From Tubulanus polymorphus (Eukaryota; Animalia; Nemertea): a stretch of 64,000 nucleotides of DNA. The stretch's first letter is position 1; every line of letters starts with the position of its first letter. This document shows, one piece after another, positions 1 through 15,000 of the stretch. A model generated the notes under the pieces. That model was not told the origin of the DNA, searched no databases, and worked only from the letters and a program-made list of their open reading frames with translations. Both the position numbers and the translations under genes were made by a program. Location of the stretch: the NCBI RefSeq assembly GCF_964204645.1, contig NC_134036.1:7644846-7708845 (forward strand), written 5' to 3'.

Positions 1-3000
1 CGCTGATCAAGGCCCGGTCAGCACTTAGTCGTTTTTCGAACTACCACCGCCGGCACACTGACGAACGGATGGACGACCGACCTACTGCCTCCCTCCCTCC
101 CTCCCTCCCTCACTGCACCGGGTCGTAACGCTGATCAAGGCCCGGTCAGCACTTAGTCGTTTTTCGAACAACCACCGCCGGCACACTGACGAACGGATGG
201 ACGACCGACCTACTGCCTCCCTCCCTCCCTCCCTCACTGCACCGGGTCGTAACGCTGATCAAGACCCGGTCAGCACTTGGTCGTTTTTCGAACAACCACC
301 GCCGGCACACTGACGAACGGACGGACGACCGACCTACTGCCTCCCTCCCTCCCTCACTGCACCGGGTCGTAACGCTGATCAAGGCCCGGTCAGCACTTAG
401 TCGTTTTTCGAACAACCACCGCCGGCACACTGACGAACGAACGGACGACCGACCTACTGCCACCCTCCCTCCCTTCCTGACCGGTGCCGGGTCGTAACGC
501 TGTTCATGGCCCGGTCAGCACTTAGTCGTTTTTCGAACAACAACCGCCGACACACTGACTAACGGGCGGACGACTGTCCTAGTGCCTCCATCCCTCCCTC
601 ACTGCACCGGGTCGTAACGCTGATCAAGGCCCGGTCAGCACTTAGTCGTTTTTCGAACAACAACCGCCGACACACTGACTAACGGGCGGACGACTGTCCT
701 AGTGCCTCCCTCCCTCCCTCACTGCACCGGGTCGTAACGCTGATCATGGCCCGGTCAGCACTTAGTCGTTTTTCGAACAACCACCGCCGGCACACTGACG
801 AACGGATGGACGACCGACCTACTGCCACCCTCCCTCCCTTCCTGACCGGTGCCGGGTCGTAACGCTGATCAAGGCCCGGTCAGCACTTAGTCGTTTTTCG
901 AACAACAACCGCCGACACACTGACTAACGGGCGGACGACTGTCCTAGTGCCTCCCTCCCTCCCTCACTGCACCGGGTCGTAACGCTGATCAAGGCCCGGT
1001 CAGCACTTAGTCGTTTTTCGAACAACAACCGCCGACACACTGACTAACGGGCGGACGACTGTCCTAGTGCCTCCCTCCCTCCCTCCCTCACTGCACCGGG
1101 TCGTAACGCTGATCATGGCCCGGTCAGCACTTAGTCGTTTTTCGAACAACCACCGCCGGCACACTGACGAACGGATGGACGACCGACCTACTGCCTCCCT
1201 CCCTCCCTCCCTCACTGCACCGGGTCGTAACGCTGATCAAGGCCCGGTCAGCACTTAGTCGTTTTTCGAACAACCACCGCCGGCACACTGACGAACGGAT
1301 GGACGACCGACCTACTGCCACCCTCCCTCCCTTCCTGACCGGTGCCGGGTCGTAACGCTGTTCATGGCCCGGTGAGCACTTAGTCGTTTTTCGAACAACA
1401 ACCGCCGACACACTGACTAACGGGCGGACGACTGTCCTAGTGCCTCCTTCCCTCCCTCACTGCTCCGGGTCGTAACGCTGATCAAGGCCCGGTCAGCACT
1501 TAGTCGTTTTTCGAACAACCATCACTGCCGGCACACTGACGAATGGACGGACGACCGACCTACTGCCTCCCTCCCTCCCTCACTGCTCCGGGTCGTAACG
1601 CTGATCAAGGCCCGGTCAGCACTTAGTCGTTTTTCGAACTACCACCGCCGGCACAATGACGAACGGATGGACGACCGACCTACTGCCTCCCTCCCTCCCT
1701 CCCTGACCAGCGCCGGGTCGTAACGCTGATCAAGGCCCGGTCAGCACTTAGTCGTTTTTCGAACTACCACCGCCGGCACACTGACGAACGAACGGACGAC
1801 CGACCTACTGCCACCCTCCCTCCCTTCCTGACCGGTGCCGGGTCGTAACGCTGTTCATGGCCCGGTCAGCACTTAGTCGTTTTTCGAACAACAACCGCCG
1901 GCACACTGACTAACGGGCGGACGACTGTCCTAGTGCCTCCCTCCCTCCCTCACTGCACCGGGTCGTAACGCTGATCATGGCCCGGTCAGCACTTAGTCGT
2001 TTTTCGAACAACCACCGCCGGCACACTGACGAACGGATGGACGACCGACCTACTGCCTCCCTCCCTCCCTCACTGCACCGGGTCGTAACGCTGATCAAGG
2101 CCCGGTCAGCACTTAGTCGTTTTTCGAACTACCACCGCCGGCACACTGACGAACGAACGGACGACCGACCTACTGCCACCCTCCCTCCCTTCCTGACCGG
2201 TGCCGGGTCGTAACGCTGTTCATGGCCCGGTCAGCACTTAGTCGTTTTTCGAACAACAACCGCCGACACACTGACTAACGGGCGGACGACGGACCTACTG
2301 CCTCCCTCCCTCCCTCCCTCACTGCACCGGGTCGTAACGCTGATCAAGGCCCGGTCAGCACTTAGTCGTTTTTCGAACAACCACCGCCGGCACACTGACG
2401 AACGGACGGACGACCGACCTAGTGCCTCCCTCCCTCCCTCACTGCACCGGGTCGTAACGCTGATCAAGGCCCGGTCAGCACTTAGTCGTTTTTCGAACTA
2501 CCACCGCCGGCACACTGACGAATGGATGGACGACCGACCTACTGCCTCCCTCCCTCCCTCCCTGACCAGCGCCGGGTCGTAACGCTGATTAAGGCCCGGT
2601 CAGCCCTTAGTCGTTTTTCGAACAACCATCACTGCCGGCACACTGACAAACGGATGGACGACCGACCTACTGTCTCCCTCCCTCCCTCAATGCTCCGGGT
2701 CGTAACGCTGATCAAGGCCCGGTCAGCACTTAGTCGTTTTTCGAACAACCGCCGCCGGCACACTGGCGAACGGACGGACGATCGACCTCCTGCCTCCCTC
2801 CCTCCCTCACTGCTCCGGGTCGTAACGCTGATCAAGGCCCGGTCAGCACTTAGTCGTTTTTCGAACAACCACCAGCGGCACACTGGCGAACGGACGGACG
2901 ACCGACCTACTGCCTCCCTCCCTCCCTCACTGCACCGGGTCGTAACGCTGATCAAGGCCCGGTCAGCACTTAGTCGTTTTTCGAACTACCACCGCCGGCA

Positions 3001-6000
3001 CACTGACGAACGGATGGACGACCGACCTACTGCCTCCCTCCCTCCCTCCCTCCCTCACTGCACCGGGTCGTAACGCTGATCAAGGCCCGGTCAGCACTTA
3101 GTCGTTTTTCGAACAACAACCGCAGACACACTGACTAACGGGCGGACGACTGTCCTTGTGCCTCCCTCCCTCCCTCACTGCACCGGGTCGTAACGCTGAT
3201 CATGGCCCGGTCAGCACTTAGTCGTTTTTCGAACAACCACCGCCGGCACACTGACGACCGGACGGACGACCGACCTACTGCCTCCCTCCCTCCCTCCCTC
3301 ACTGCACCGGGTCGTAACGCTGATCAAGGCCCGGTCAGCACTTAGTCGTTTTTCGAACAACCACCGCCGGCACACTGACGAACGGACGGACGACCGATCT
3401 ACTGCCTCCCTCCCTCCCTCACTGCACCGGGTCGTAACGCTGATCAAGGCCCGGTCAGCACTTAGTCGTTTTTCGAACTACCACCGCCGGCACACTGACG
3501 AACGGATGGACGACCGACCTACTGCCTCCCTCCCTCCCTCCCTGACCAGCGCCGGGTCGTAACGCTGATTAAGGCCCGGTCAGCCCTTTGTCGTTTTTCG
3601 AACAACCATCACTGCCGGCACACTGACAAACGGATGGACGACCGACCTACTGCCTCCCTCCCTCCCTCAATGCTCCGGGTCGTAACGCTGATCAAGGCCC
3701 GGTCAGCACTTAGTCGTTTTTCGAACAACCGCCGCCGGCACACTGGCGAACGGACGGACGACCGACCTCCTGCCTCCGTCCCTCCCTCACTGCTCCGGGT
3801 CGTAACGCTGATCAAGGCCCGGTCAGCACTTAGTCGTTTTTCGAACAACCACCGCCGGCACACTGACGAACGGACTGACGACCGACCTACTGCCTCCCTC
3901 CCTCCCTCCCTGAACGGTGCCGGGTCGTAACGCTGATTAAGGCCCGGTCAGCACTTAGTCGTTTTTCGAACAACCACCGCCGGCACACTGACGAACGGAT
4001 GGACGACCGACCTACTGCCTCCCTCCCTCCCTCCCTCACTGCGCCGGGTCGTAACGCTGATCAAGGCCCGGTCAGCACTTAGTCGTTTTTCGAACTACCA
4101 CCGCCGGCACACTGACGAACGAACGGACGACCGAGCTACTGCCACCCTCCCTCCCTTCCTGACCGGTGCCGGGTCGTAACGCTGTTCATGGCCCGGTCAG
4201 CACTTAGTCGTTTTTCGAACAACAACCGCCGACACACTGACTAACGGGCGGACGACTGTCCTAGTGCCTCCCTCCCTCCCTCACTGCACCGGGTCGTAAC
4301 GCTGATCAAGGCCCGGTCAGCACTTAGTCGTTTTTCGAACAACCACCAGCGGCACACTGGCGAACGGACGGACGACCGACCTACTGCCTCCCTCCCTCCC
4401 TCACTGCTCCGGGTCGTAACGCTGATCAAGGCCCGGTCAGCACTTAGTCGTTTTTCGAACAACCACCAGCGGCACACTGGTGAACGGACGGACGACCGAC
4501 CTACTGCCTCCCTCCCTCCCTCACTGCACCGGGTCGTAACGCTGATCAAGGCCCGGTCAGCACTTAGTCGTTTTTCGAACTACCACCGCCGGCACACTGA
4601 CGAACGGATGGACGACCGACCTACTGCCTCCCTCCCTCCCTCACTGCACCGGGTCGTAACGCTGATCAAGGCCCGGTCAGCACTTAGTCGTTTTTCGAAC
4701 TACCACCGCCGGCACACTGACGAACGAACGGACGACCGAGCTACTGCCACCCTCCCTCCCTTCCTGACCGGTGCCGGGTCGTAACGCTGTTCATGGCCCG
4801 GTCAGCACTTAGTCGTTTTTCGAACAACAACCGCCGACACACTGACTAACGGGCGGACGACTGTCCTAGTGCCTCCCTCCCTCCCTCACTGCACCAGGTC
4901 GTAACGCTGATCAAGGCCCGGTCAGCACTTAGTCGTTTTTCGAACAACCACCGCCGGCACACTGACGAACGGATGGACGACCGACCTACTGCCTCCCTCC
5001 CTCCCTTCCTGACCGGTGCCGGGTCGTAACGATGTTCATGGCCCGGTCAGCACTTAGTCGTTTTTCGAACAACAACCGCCGACACACTGACTAACGGGCG
5101 GACGACTGTCCTAGTGCCTCCCTCCCTCCCTCACTGCACCGGGTCGTAACGCTGATCAAGGCCCGGTCAGCACTTAGTCGTTTTTCGAACAACCACCAGC
5201 GGCACACTGGCGAACGGACGGACGACCGACCTACTGCCTCCCTCCCTCCCTCACTGCTCCGGGTCGTAACGCTGATCAAGGCCCGGTCAGCACTTAGTCG
5301 TTTTTCGAACAACCACCAGCGGCACACTGGTGAACGGACGGACGACCGACCTACTGCCTCCCTCCCTCCCTCACTGCACCGGGTCGTAACGCTGATCAAG
5401 GCCCGGTCAGCACTTAGTCGTTTTTCGAACTACCACCGCCGGCACACTGACGAACGGATGGACGACCGACCTACTGCCTCCCTCCCTCCCTCCCTCCCTC
5501 ACTGCACCGGGTCGTAACGCTGATCAAGGCCCGGTCAGCACTTAGTCGTTTTTCGAACTACCACCGCCGGCACACTGACGAACGGATGGACGACCGACCT
5601 ACTGCCTCCCTCCCTCCCTCCCTCCCTCACTGCACCGGGTCGTAACGCTGATCAAGGCCCGGTCAGCACTTAGTCGTTTTTCGAACAACCACCGCCGGCA
5701 CACTGACGAACGGATGGACGACCGACCTACTGCCTCCCTCCCTCCCTCCCTCACTGCACCGGGTCGTAACGCTGATCAAGACCCGGTCAGCACTTGGTCG
5801 TTTTTCGAACAACCACCGCCGGCACACTGACGAACGGACGGACGACCGACCTACTGCCTCCCTCCCTCCCTCACTGCACCGGGTCGTAACGCTGATCAAG
5901 GCCCGGTCAGCACTTAGTCGTTTTTCGAACAACCACCGCCGGCACACTGACGAACGAACGGACGACCGACCTACTGCCACCCTCCCTCCCTTCCTGACCG

Positions 6001-9000
6001 GTGCCGGGTCGTAACGCTGTTCATGGCCCGGTCAGCACTTAGTCGTTTTTCGAACAACAACCGCCGACACACTGACTAACGGGCGGACGACTGTCCTAGT
6101 GCCTCCATCCCTCCCTCACTGCACCGGGTCGTAACGCTGATCAAGGCCCGGTCAGCACTTAGTAGTTTTTCGAACAACAACCGCCGACACACTGACTAAC
6201 GGGCGGACGACTGTCCTAGTGCCTCCCTCCCTCCCTCACTGCACCGGGTCGTAACGCTGATCATGGCCCGGTCAGCACTTAGTCGTTTTTCGAACAACCA
6301 CCGCCGGCACACTGACGAACGGATGGACGACCGACCTACTGCCACCCTCCCTCCCTTCCTGACCGGTGCCGGGTCGTAACGCTGATCAAGGCCCGGTCAG
6401 CACTTAGTCGTTTTTCGAACAACAACCGCCGACACACTGACTAACGGGCGGACGACTGTCCTAGTGCCTCCCTCCCTCCCTCACTGCACCGGGTCGTAAC
6501 GCTGATCAAGGCCCGGTCAGCACTTAGTCGTTTTTCGAACAACAACCGCCGACACACTGACTAACGGGCGGACGACTGTCCTAGTGCCTCCCTCCCTCCC
6601 TCCCTCACTGCACCGGGTCGTAACGCTGATCATGGCCCGGTCAGCACTTAGTCGTTTTTCGAACAACCACCGCCGGCACACTGACGAACGGATGGACGAC
6701 CGACCTACTGCCTCCCTCCCTCCCTCCCTCACTGCACCGGGTCGTAACGCTGATCAAGGCCCGGTCAGCACTTAGTCGTTTTTCGAACAACCACCGCCGG
6801 CACACTGACGAACGGATGGACGACCGACCTACTGCCACCCTCCCTCCCTTCCTGACCGGTGCCGGGTCGTAACGCTGTTCATGGCCCGGTGAGCACTTAG
6901 TCGTTTTTCGAACAACAACCGCCGACACACTGACTAACGGGCGGACGACTGTCCTAGTGCCTCCTTCCCTCCCTCACTGCTCCGGGTCGTAACGCTGATC
7001 AAGGCCCGGTCAGCACTTAGTCGTTTTTCGAACAACCATCACTGCCGGCACACTGACGAATGGACGGACGACCGACCTACTGCCTCCCTCCCTCCCTCAC
7101 TGCTCCGGGTCGTAACGCTGATCAAGGCCCGGTCAGCACTTAGTCGTTTTTCGAACTACCACCGCCGGCACAATGACGAACGGATGGACGACCGACCTAC
7201 TGCCTCCCTCCCTCCCTCCCTGACCAGCGCCGGGTCGTAACGCTGATCAAGGCCCGGTCAGCACTTAGTCGTTTTTCGAACTACCACCGCCGGCACACTG
7301 ACGAACGAACGGACGACCGACCTACTGCCACCCTCCCTCCCTTCCTGACCGGTGCCGGGTCGTAACGCTGTTCATGGCCCGGTCAGCACTTAGTCGTTTT
7401 TCGAACAACAACCGCCGACACACTGACTAACGGGCGGACGACTGTCCTAGTGCCTCCCTCCCTCCCTCACTGCACCGGGTCGTAACGCTGATCATGGCCC
7501 GGTCAGCACTTAGTCGTTTTTCGAACAACCACCGCCGGCACACTGACGAACGGATGGACGACCGACCTACTGCCTCCCTCCCTCCCTCCCTCACTGCACC
7601 GGGTCGTAACGCTGATCAAGGCCCGGTCAGCACTTAGTCGTTTTTCGAACAACCACCGCCGGCACACTGACGAACGGATGGACGACCGACCTACTGCCTC
7701 CCTCCCTCCCTCCCTCATTGCACCGGGTCGTAACGCTGATCAAGACCCGGTCAGCACTTAGTCGTTTTTCGAACAACCACCGCCGGCACACTGACGAACG
7801 GACGGACGACCGACCTACTGCCTCCCTCCCTCCCTCACTGCACCGGGTCGTAACGCTGATCAAGGCCCGGTCAGCACTTAGTCGTTTTTCGAACTACCAC
7901 CGCCGGCACACTGACGAACGAACGGACGACCGACCTACTGCCACCCTCCCTCCCTTCCTGACCGGTGCCGGGTCGTAACGCTGTTCATGGCCCGGTCAGC
8001 ACTTAGTCGTTTTTCGAACAACAACCGCCGACACACTGACTAACGGGCGGACGACTGTCCTAGTGCCTCCCTCCCTCCCTCACTGCACCGGGTCGTAACG
8101 CTGATCTAGGCCCGGTCAGCACTTAGTCGTTTTTCGAACTACCACCGCCGGCACACTGACGAACGGACGGACGACCGACCTACTGCCACCCTCCCTCCCT
8201 TCCTGACCGGTGCCGGGTCGTAACGCTGTTCATGGCCCGGTCAGCACTTAGTCGTTTTTCGAACAACAACCGCCGACACACTGACGAACGGACGGACGAC
8301 CGACCTACTGCCACCCTCCCTCCCTCCCTCCCTGACCGGTGCCGGGTCGTAACGCTGATCAAGGCCCGGTCAGCACTTAGTCGTTTTTCGAACAACCACC
8401 GCCGGCACACTGACGAACGGTCGGGCTACCGACCTATTGCTTCCCTCCCTCCCTCACTGCACTGGGTCGTAACGCCGATCAAGGCCCGGTAAGCACTTAG
8501 TCGTTTTTCGAACAACCACCGCCGACACACTGACGAACGGACGGACGACCGACCTACTGCCACCCTCCCTCCCTTCCTGACCGGTGCCGGGTCGTAACGC
8601 TGTTCATGGCCCGGTCAGCACTTAGTCGTTTTTCGAACAACAACCGCCGACACACTGACTAACGGGCGGACGACTGTCCTAGTGCCTCCTTCCCTCCCTC
8701 ACTGCTCCGGGTCGTAACGCTGATCAAGGCCCGGTCAGCACTTAGTCGTTTTTCGAACAACCATCACTGCCGGCACACTGACGAATGGACGGACGACCGA
8801 CCTACTGCCTCCCTCCCTCCCTCACTGCTCCGGGTCGTAACGCTGATCAAGGCCCGGTCAGCACTTAGTCGTTTTTCGAACAACCACCGCCGGCACACTG
8901 ACGAACGGATGGACGACCGACCTACTGCCTCCCTCCCTCCCTCCCTCACTGCTCCGGGTCGTAACGCTGATCAAGGCCCGGTCAGCACTTAGTCGTTTTT

Positions 9001-12000
9001 CGAACAACCATCACTGCCGGCACACTGACAAACGGACGGACGACCGACCTACTGCCTCCCTCCCTCCCTCAATGCTCCGGGTCGTAACGCTGATCAAGGC
9101 CCGGTCAGCACTTAGTCGTTTTTCGAACAACCACCGCCGGCACAATGACGAACGGACGGACGACCGACCTACTGCCTCCCTCCCTCCCTCACTGCTCCGG
9201 GTCGTAACGCTGATCAAGGCCCGGTCAGCACTTAGTCGTTTTTCGAACAACCACCGCCTGCACACTGACGAACGAACGGACGACCGACCTACTGCCACCC
9301 TCCCTCCCTTCCTGACCGGTGCCGGGTCGTAACGCTGTTCATGGCCCGGTCAGCACTTAGTCGTTTTTCGAACAACAACCGCCGACACACTGACTAACGG
9401 GCGGACGACTGTCCTAGTGCCTCCCTCCCTCCCTCACTGCACCGGGTCGTAACGCTGATCATGGCCCGGTCAGCACTTAGTCGTTTTTCGAACAACCACC
9501 GCCGGCACACTGACGAACGGATGGACGACCGACCTACTGCCTCCCTCCCTCCCTCCCTCACTGCACCGGGTCGTAACGCTGATCAAGGCCCGGTCAGCAC
9601 TTAGTCGTTTTTCGAACAACCACCGCCGGCACACTGACGAACGGACGGACGACCGACCTACTGCCTCCCTCCCTCCCTCACTGCACCGGGTCGTAACGCT
9701 GATCAAGGCCCGGTCAGCACTTAGTCGTTTTTCGAACTACCACCGCCGGCACACTGACGAACGGATGGACGACCGACCTACTGCCTCCCTCCCTCCCTCC
9801 CTGACCAGCGCCGGGTCGTAACGCTGATCAAGGCCCGGTCAGCACTTAGTCGTTTTTCGAACTACCACCGCCGGCACAATGACGAACGAACGGACGACCG
9901 ACCTACTGCCACCCTCCCTCCCTTCCTGACCGGTGCCGGGTCGTAACGCTGTTCATGGCCCGGTCAGCACTTAGTCGTTTTTCGAACAACAACCGCCGAC
10001 ACACTGACTAACGGGCGGACGACTGTCCTAGTGCCTCCCTCCCTCCCTCACTGCACCGGGTCGTAACGCTGATCATGGCCCGGTCAGCACTTAGTCGTTT
10101 TTCGAACAACCACCGCCGGCACACTGACGAACGGATGGACGACCGACCTACTGCCTCCCTCCCTCCCTCCCTCCCTCACTGCACCGGGTCGTAACGCTGA
10201 TCAAGGCCCGGTCAGCACTTAGTCGTTTTTCGAACAACCACCGCCGGCACACTGACGAACGGATGGACGACCGACCTAGTGCCACCCTCCCTCCCTTCCT
10301 GACCGGTGCCGGGTCGTAACGCTGTTCATGGCCCGGTCAGCACTTAGTCGTTTTTCGAACAGCAACCGCCGACACACTGACTAACGGGCGGACGACCGAC
10401 CTACTGCCTCCCTCCCTCCCTCCCTCACTGCTCCGGGTCGTAACGCTGATCAAGGCCCGCTCAGCACTTAGTCGTTTTTCGAACAACCACCGCCGGCACA
10501 CTGACGAACGGATGGACGACCGACCTACTGCCTCCCTCCCTCCCTCCCTCACTGCACCGGGTCGTAACGCTGATCAAGACCCGGTCAGCACTTAGTCGTT
10601 TTTCGAACAACCACCGCCGGCACACTGACGAACGGACGGACGACCGACCTACTGCCTCCCTCCCTCCCTCACTGCACCGGGTCGTAACGCTGATCAAGGC
10701 CCGGTCAGCACTTAGTCGTTTTTCGAACTACCACCGCCGGCACACTGACGAACGGACGGACGACCGACCTACTGCCACCCTCCCTCCCTTCCTGACCGGT
10801 GCCGGGTCGTAACGCTGTTCATGGCCCGGTCAGCACTTAGTCGTTTTTCGAACAACAACCGCCGACACACTGACTAACGGGTGGACGACTGTCCTAGTGC
10901 CTCCCTCCCTCCCTCACTGCACCGGGTCGTAACGCTGATCAAGGCCCGGTCAGCACCTAGTCGTTTTTCGAACAACCACCGCCGGCACACTGACGAACGG
11001 ATGGACGACCGACCTACTGCCTCCCTCCCTCCCTCCCTCCCTCCCTCATTGCGCCGGGTCGTAACGCTGATCAAGGCCCGGTCAGCACTTAGTCGTTTTT
11101 CGAACAACCACCGCCGGCACACTGACGAACGGATGGACGACCGACCTACTGCCTCCCTCCCTCCCTCACAGCACCGGGTCGTAACGCTGATCAAGGCCCG
11201 GTCAGCACTTAGTCGTTTTTCGAACAACCAACTCTGCCGGCACACTGACGAACGGACGGACGACCGACCTACTGTCCCCCTCCCTCCCACACTGCTCCGG
11301 GTCGTAACGCTGATCAAGGCCCGATCAGCACTTAGTCGTTTTTCGAACTACCACCGCCGGCACACTGACCAACGAACGGACCACCGACCTACTGCCACCC
11401 TCCCTCCCTTCCTGACCGGTGCCGGGTCGTAACGCTGTTCATGGCCCGGTCAGCACTTAGTCGTTTTTCGAACAACAACCGCCGACACACTGACTAACGG
11501 GCGGACGACTGTCCTAGTGCCTCCCTCCCTCCCTCACTGCACCGGGTCGTAACGCTGATCAAGGCCCGGTCAGCACTTAGTCGTTTTTCGAACAACCACC
11601 AGCGGCACACTGGCGAACGGACGGACGACCGACCTACTGCCTCCCTCCCTCCCTCACTGCTCCGGGTCGTAACGCTGATCAAGGCCCGGTCAGCACTTAG
11701 TCGTTTTTCGAACAACCACCAGCGGCACACTGGCGAACGGACGGACGACCGACCTACTGCCTCCCTCCCTCCCTCCCTGACCGGTGCCGGGTCGTAACGC
11801 TGATCAAGGCCCGGTCAGCACTTAGTCGTTTTTCGAACAACCACCGCCGGCACACTGACGAACGAACGGACGACCGACCTACTGCCACCCTCCCTCCCTT
11901 CCTGACCGGTGCCGGGTCGTAACGCTGATCATGGCCCGGTCAGCACTTAGTCGTTTTTCGAACAACCACCGCCGGCACACTGACGACCGGACGGACGACC

Positions 12001-15000
12001 GACCTACTGCCTCCCTCCCTCCCTCCCTCACTGCACCGGGTCGTAACGCTGATCTAGGCCCGGTCAGCACTGAGTCGTTTTTCGAACTACCACCGCCGGC
12101 ACACTGACGAACGGGTGGACGACCGACCTACTGCCTTCCTCCCTCCCTCCCTCACTGCACCGGGTCGTAACGCTGATCAAGGCCCGGTCAGCACTTAGTC
12201 GTTTTTCGAACTACCACCGCCGGCACACTGACGAACGGATGGACGACCGACCTACTGCTTCCCTCCCTCCCTCCCTCACTGCACCGGGTAGTAACGCTGA
12301 TCAAGGCCCGGTCAGCACTTAGTCGTTTTCGAACTACCACCGCCGGCACACTGACGAACGGATGGACGACCGACCTATTGCCTCCCTCCCTCCCTCACTG
12401 CACCGGGTCGTAACGCTGATCAAGGCCCGGTCAGCACTTAGTCGTTTTTCGAACAACCAACTCTGCCGGCACACTGACGAACGGACGGAAGACCGACCTA
12501 CTGCCTCCCTCCCTCCCTCACTGCACCGGGTCGTAACGCTTATCAAGGCCCGGTCAGCACTTAGTCGTTTTTTCGAACAACCACCAGCGGCACACTGGCG
12601 AACGGACGGACGACCGACCTACTGCCTCCCTCCCTCCCTCACTGCTCCGGGTCGTAACGCTGATCAAGGCCCGGTCAGCACTTAGTCGTTTTTCGAACAA
12701 CCACCGCCGGCACACTGACGACCGGACGGACGACCGACCTACTGCCTCTCTCCCTCCCTCACTGCGCCGGGTCGTAACGCTGATCTAGGCCCGGTCAGCA
12801 CTTAGTCGTTTTTCGAACTACCACCGCCGGCACACTGACGAACGGATGGACGACCGACCTACTGCCTCCCTCCCTCCCTTCCTGACCGGTGCCGGGTCGT
12901 AACGCTGTTCATGGCCCGGTCAGCACTTAGTCGTTTTTCGAACAACAACCGCCGACACACTGACTAACGGGCGGACGACTGTCCTAGTGCCTCCCTCCCT
13001 CCCTCACTGCACCGGGTCGTAACGCTGATCAAGGCCCGGTCAGCACTTAGTCGTTTTTTCGAACAACAACCGCCGACACACTGACTAACGGGCGGACGAC
13101 TGTCCTAGTGCCTCCTCCCTCCCTCACTGCACCGGGTCGTAACGCTGATCATGGCCCGGTCAGCACTTAGTCGTTTTTCGAACAACCACCGCGGCACACT
13201 GACGAACGGATGGACGACCGACCTACTGCCTCCCTCCCTCCCTCCCTCACTGCTCCGGGTCGTAACGCTGATCAAGGCCCGCTCAGCACTTAGTCGTTTT
13301 TCGAACAACCACCGCCGGCACACTGACGAACGGATGGACGACCGACCTACTGCCTCCCTCCCTCCCTCCCTCACTGCACCGGGTCGTAACGCTGATCAAG
13401 ACCCGGTCAGCACTTAGTCGTTTTTCGAACAACCACCGCCGGCACACTGACGAACGGACGGACGACCGACCTACTGCCTCCCTCCCTCCCTCACTGCACC
13501 GGGTCGTAACGCTGATCAAGGCCCGGTCAGCACTTAGTCGTTTTTCGAACTACCACCGCCGGCACACTGACGAACGGACGGACGACCGACCTACTGCCAC
13601 CCTCCCTCCCTTCCTGACCGGTGCCGGGTCGTAACGCTGTTCATGGCCCGGTCAGCACTTAGTCGTTTTTCGAACAACAACCGCCGACACACTGACTAAC
13701 GGGTGGACGACTGTCCTAGTGCCTCCCTCCCTCCCTCACTGCACCGGGTCGTAACGCTGATCAAGGCCCGGTCAGCACCTAGTCGTTTTTCGAACAACCA
13801 CCGCCGGCACACTGACGAACGGATGGACGACCGACCTACTGCCTCCCTCCCTCCCTCCCTCCCTCATTGCGCCGGGTCGTAACGCTGATCAAGGCCCGGT
13901 CAGCACTTAGTCGTTTTTCGAACAACCACCGCCGGCACACTGACGAACGGATGGACGACCGACCTACTGCCTCCCTCCCTCCCTCACAGCACCGGGTCGT
14001 AACGCTGATCAAGGCCCGGTCAGCACTTAGTCGTTTTTCGAACAACCAACTCTGCCGGCACACTGACGAACGGACGGACGACCGACCTACTGTCCCCCTC
14101 CCTCCCACACTGCTCCGGGTCGTAACGCTGATCAAGGCCCGATCAGCACTTAGTCGTTTTTCGAACTACCACCGCCGGCACACTGACCAACGAACGGACC
14201 ACCGACCTACTGCCACCCTCCCTCCCTTCCTGACCGGTGCCGGGTCGTAACGCTGTTCATGGCCCGGTCAGCACTTAGTCGTTTTTCGAACAACAACCGC
14301 CGACACACTGACTAACGGGCGGACGACTGTCCTAGTGCCTCCCTCCCTCCCTCACTGCACCGGGTCGTAACGCTGATCAAGGCCCGGTCAGCACTTAGTC
14401 GTTTTTCGAACAACCACCAGCGGCACACTGGCGAACGGACGGACGACCGACCTACTGCCTCCCTCCCTCCCTCACTGCTCCGGGTCGTAACGCTGATCAA
14501 GGCCCGGTCAGCACTTAGTCGTTTTTCGAACAACCACCAGCGGCACACTGGCGAACGGACGGACGACCGACCTACTGCCTCCCTCCCTCCCTCCCTGACC
14601 GGTGCCGGGTCGTAACGCTGATCAAGGCCCGGTCAGCACTTAGTCGTTTTTCGAACAACCACCGCCGGCACACTGACGAACGAACGGACGACCGACCTAC
14701 TGCCACCCTCCCTCCCTTCCTGACCGGTGCCGGGTCGTAACGCTGATCATGGCCCGGTCAGCACTTAGTCGTTTTTCGAACAACCACCGCCGGCACACTG
14801 ACGACCGGACGGACGACCGACCTACTGCCTCCCTCCCTCCCTCCCTCACTGCACCGGGTCGTAACGCTGATCTAGGCCCGGTCAGCACTGAGTCGTTTTT
14901 CGAACTACCACCGCCGGCACACTGACGAACGGGTGGACGACCGACCTACTGCCTTCCTCCCTCCCTCCCTCACTGCACCGGGTCGTAACGCTGATCAAGG

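Noticed and set aside
36-55. CENP-B box in SatA or SatB (TTCG words)
   Set aside because: The required TTCGnnnnAnnCGGG spacing is not met in either monomer.
185-215. Hammerhead core CTGACGA in SatA followed by a small cgg..ccg hairpin
   Set aside because: The hairpin is followed by ACCT rather than GAAA, and no stems I or III can be formed. The minus strand lacks CUGANGA.
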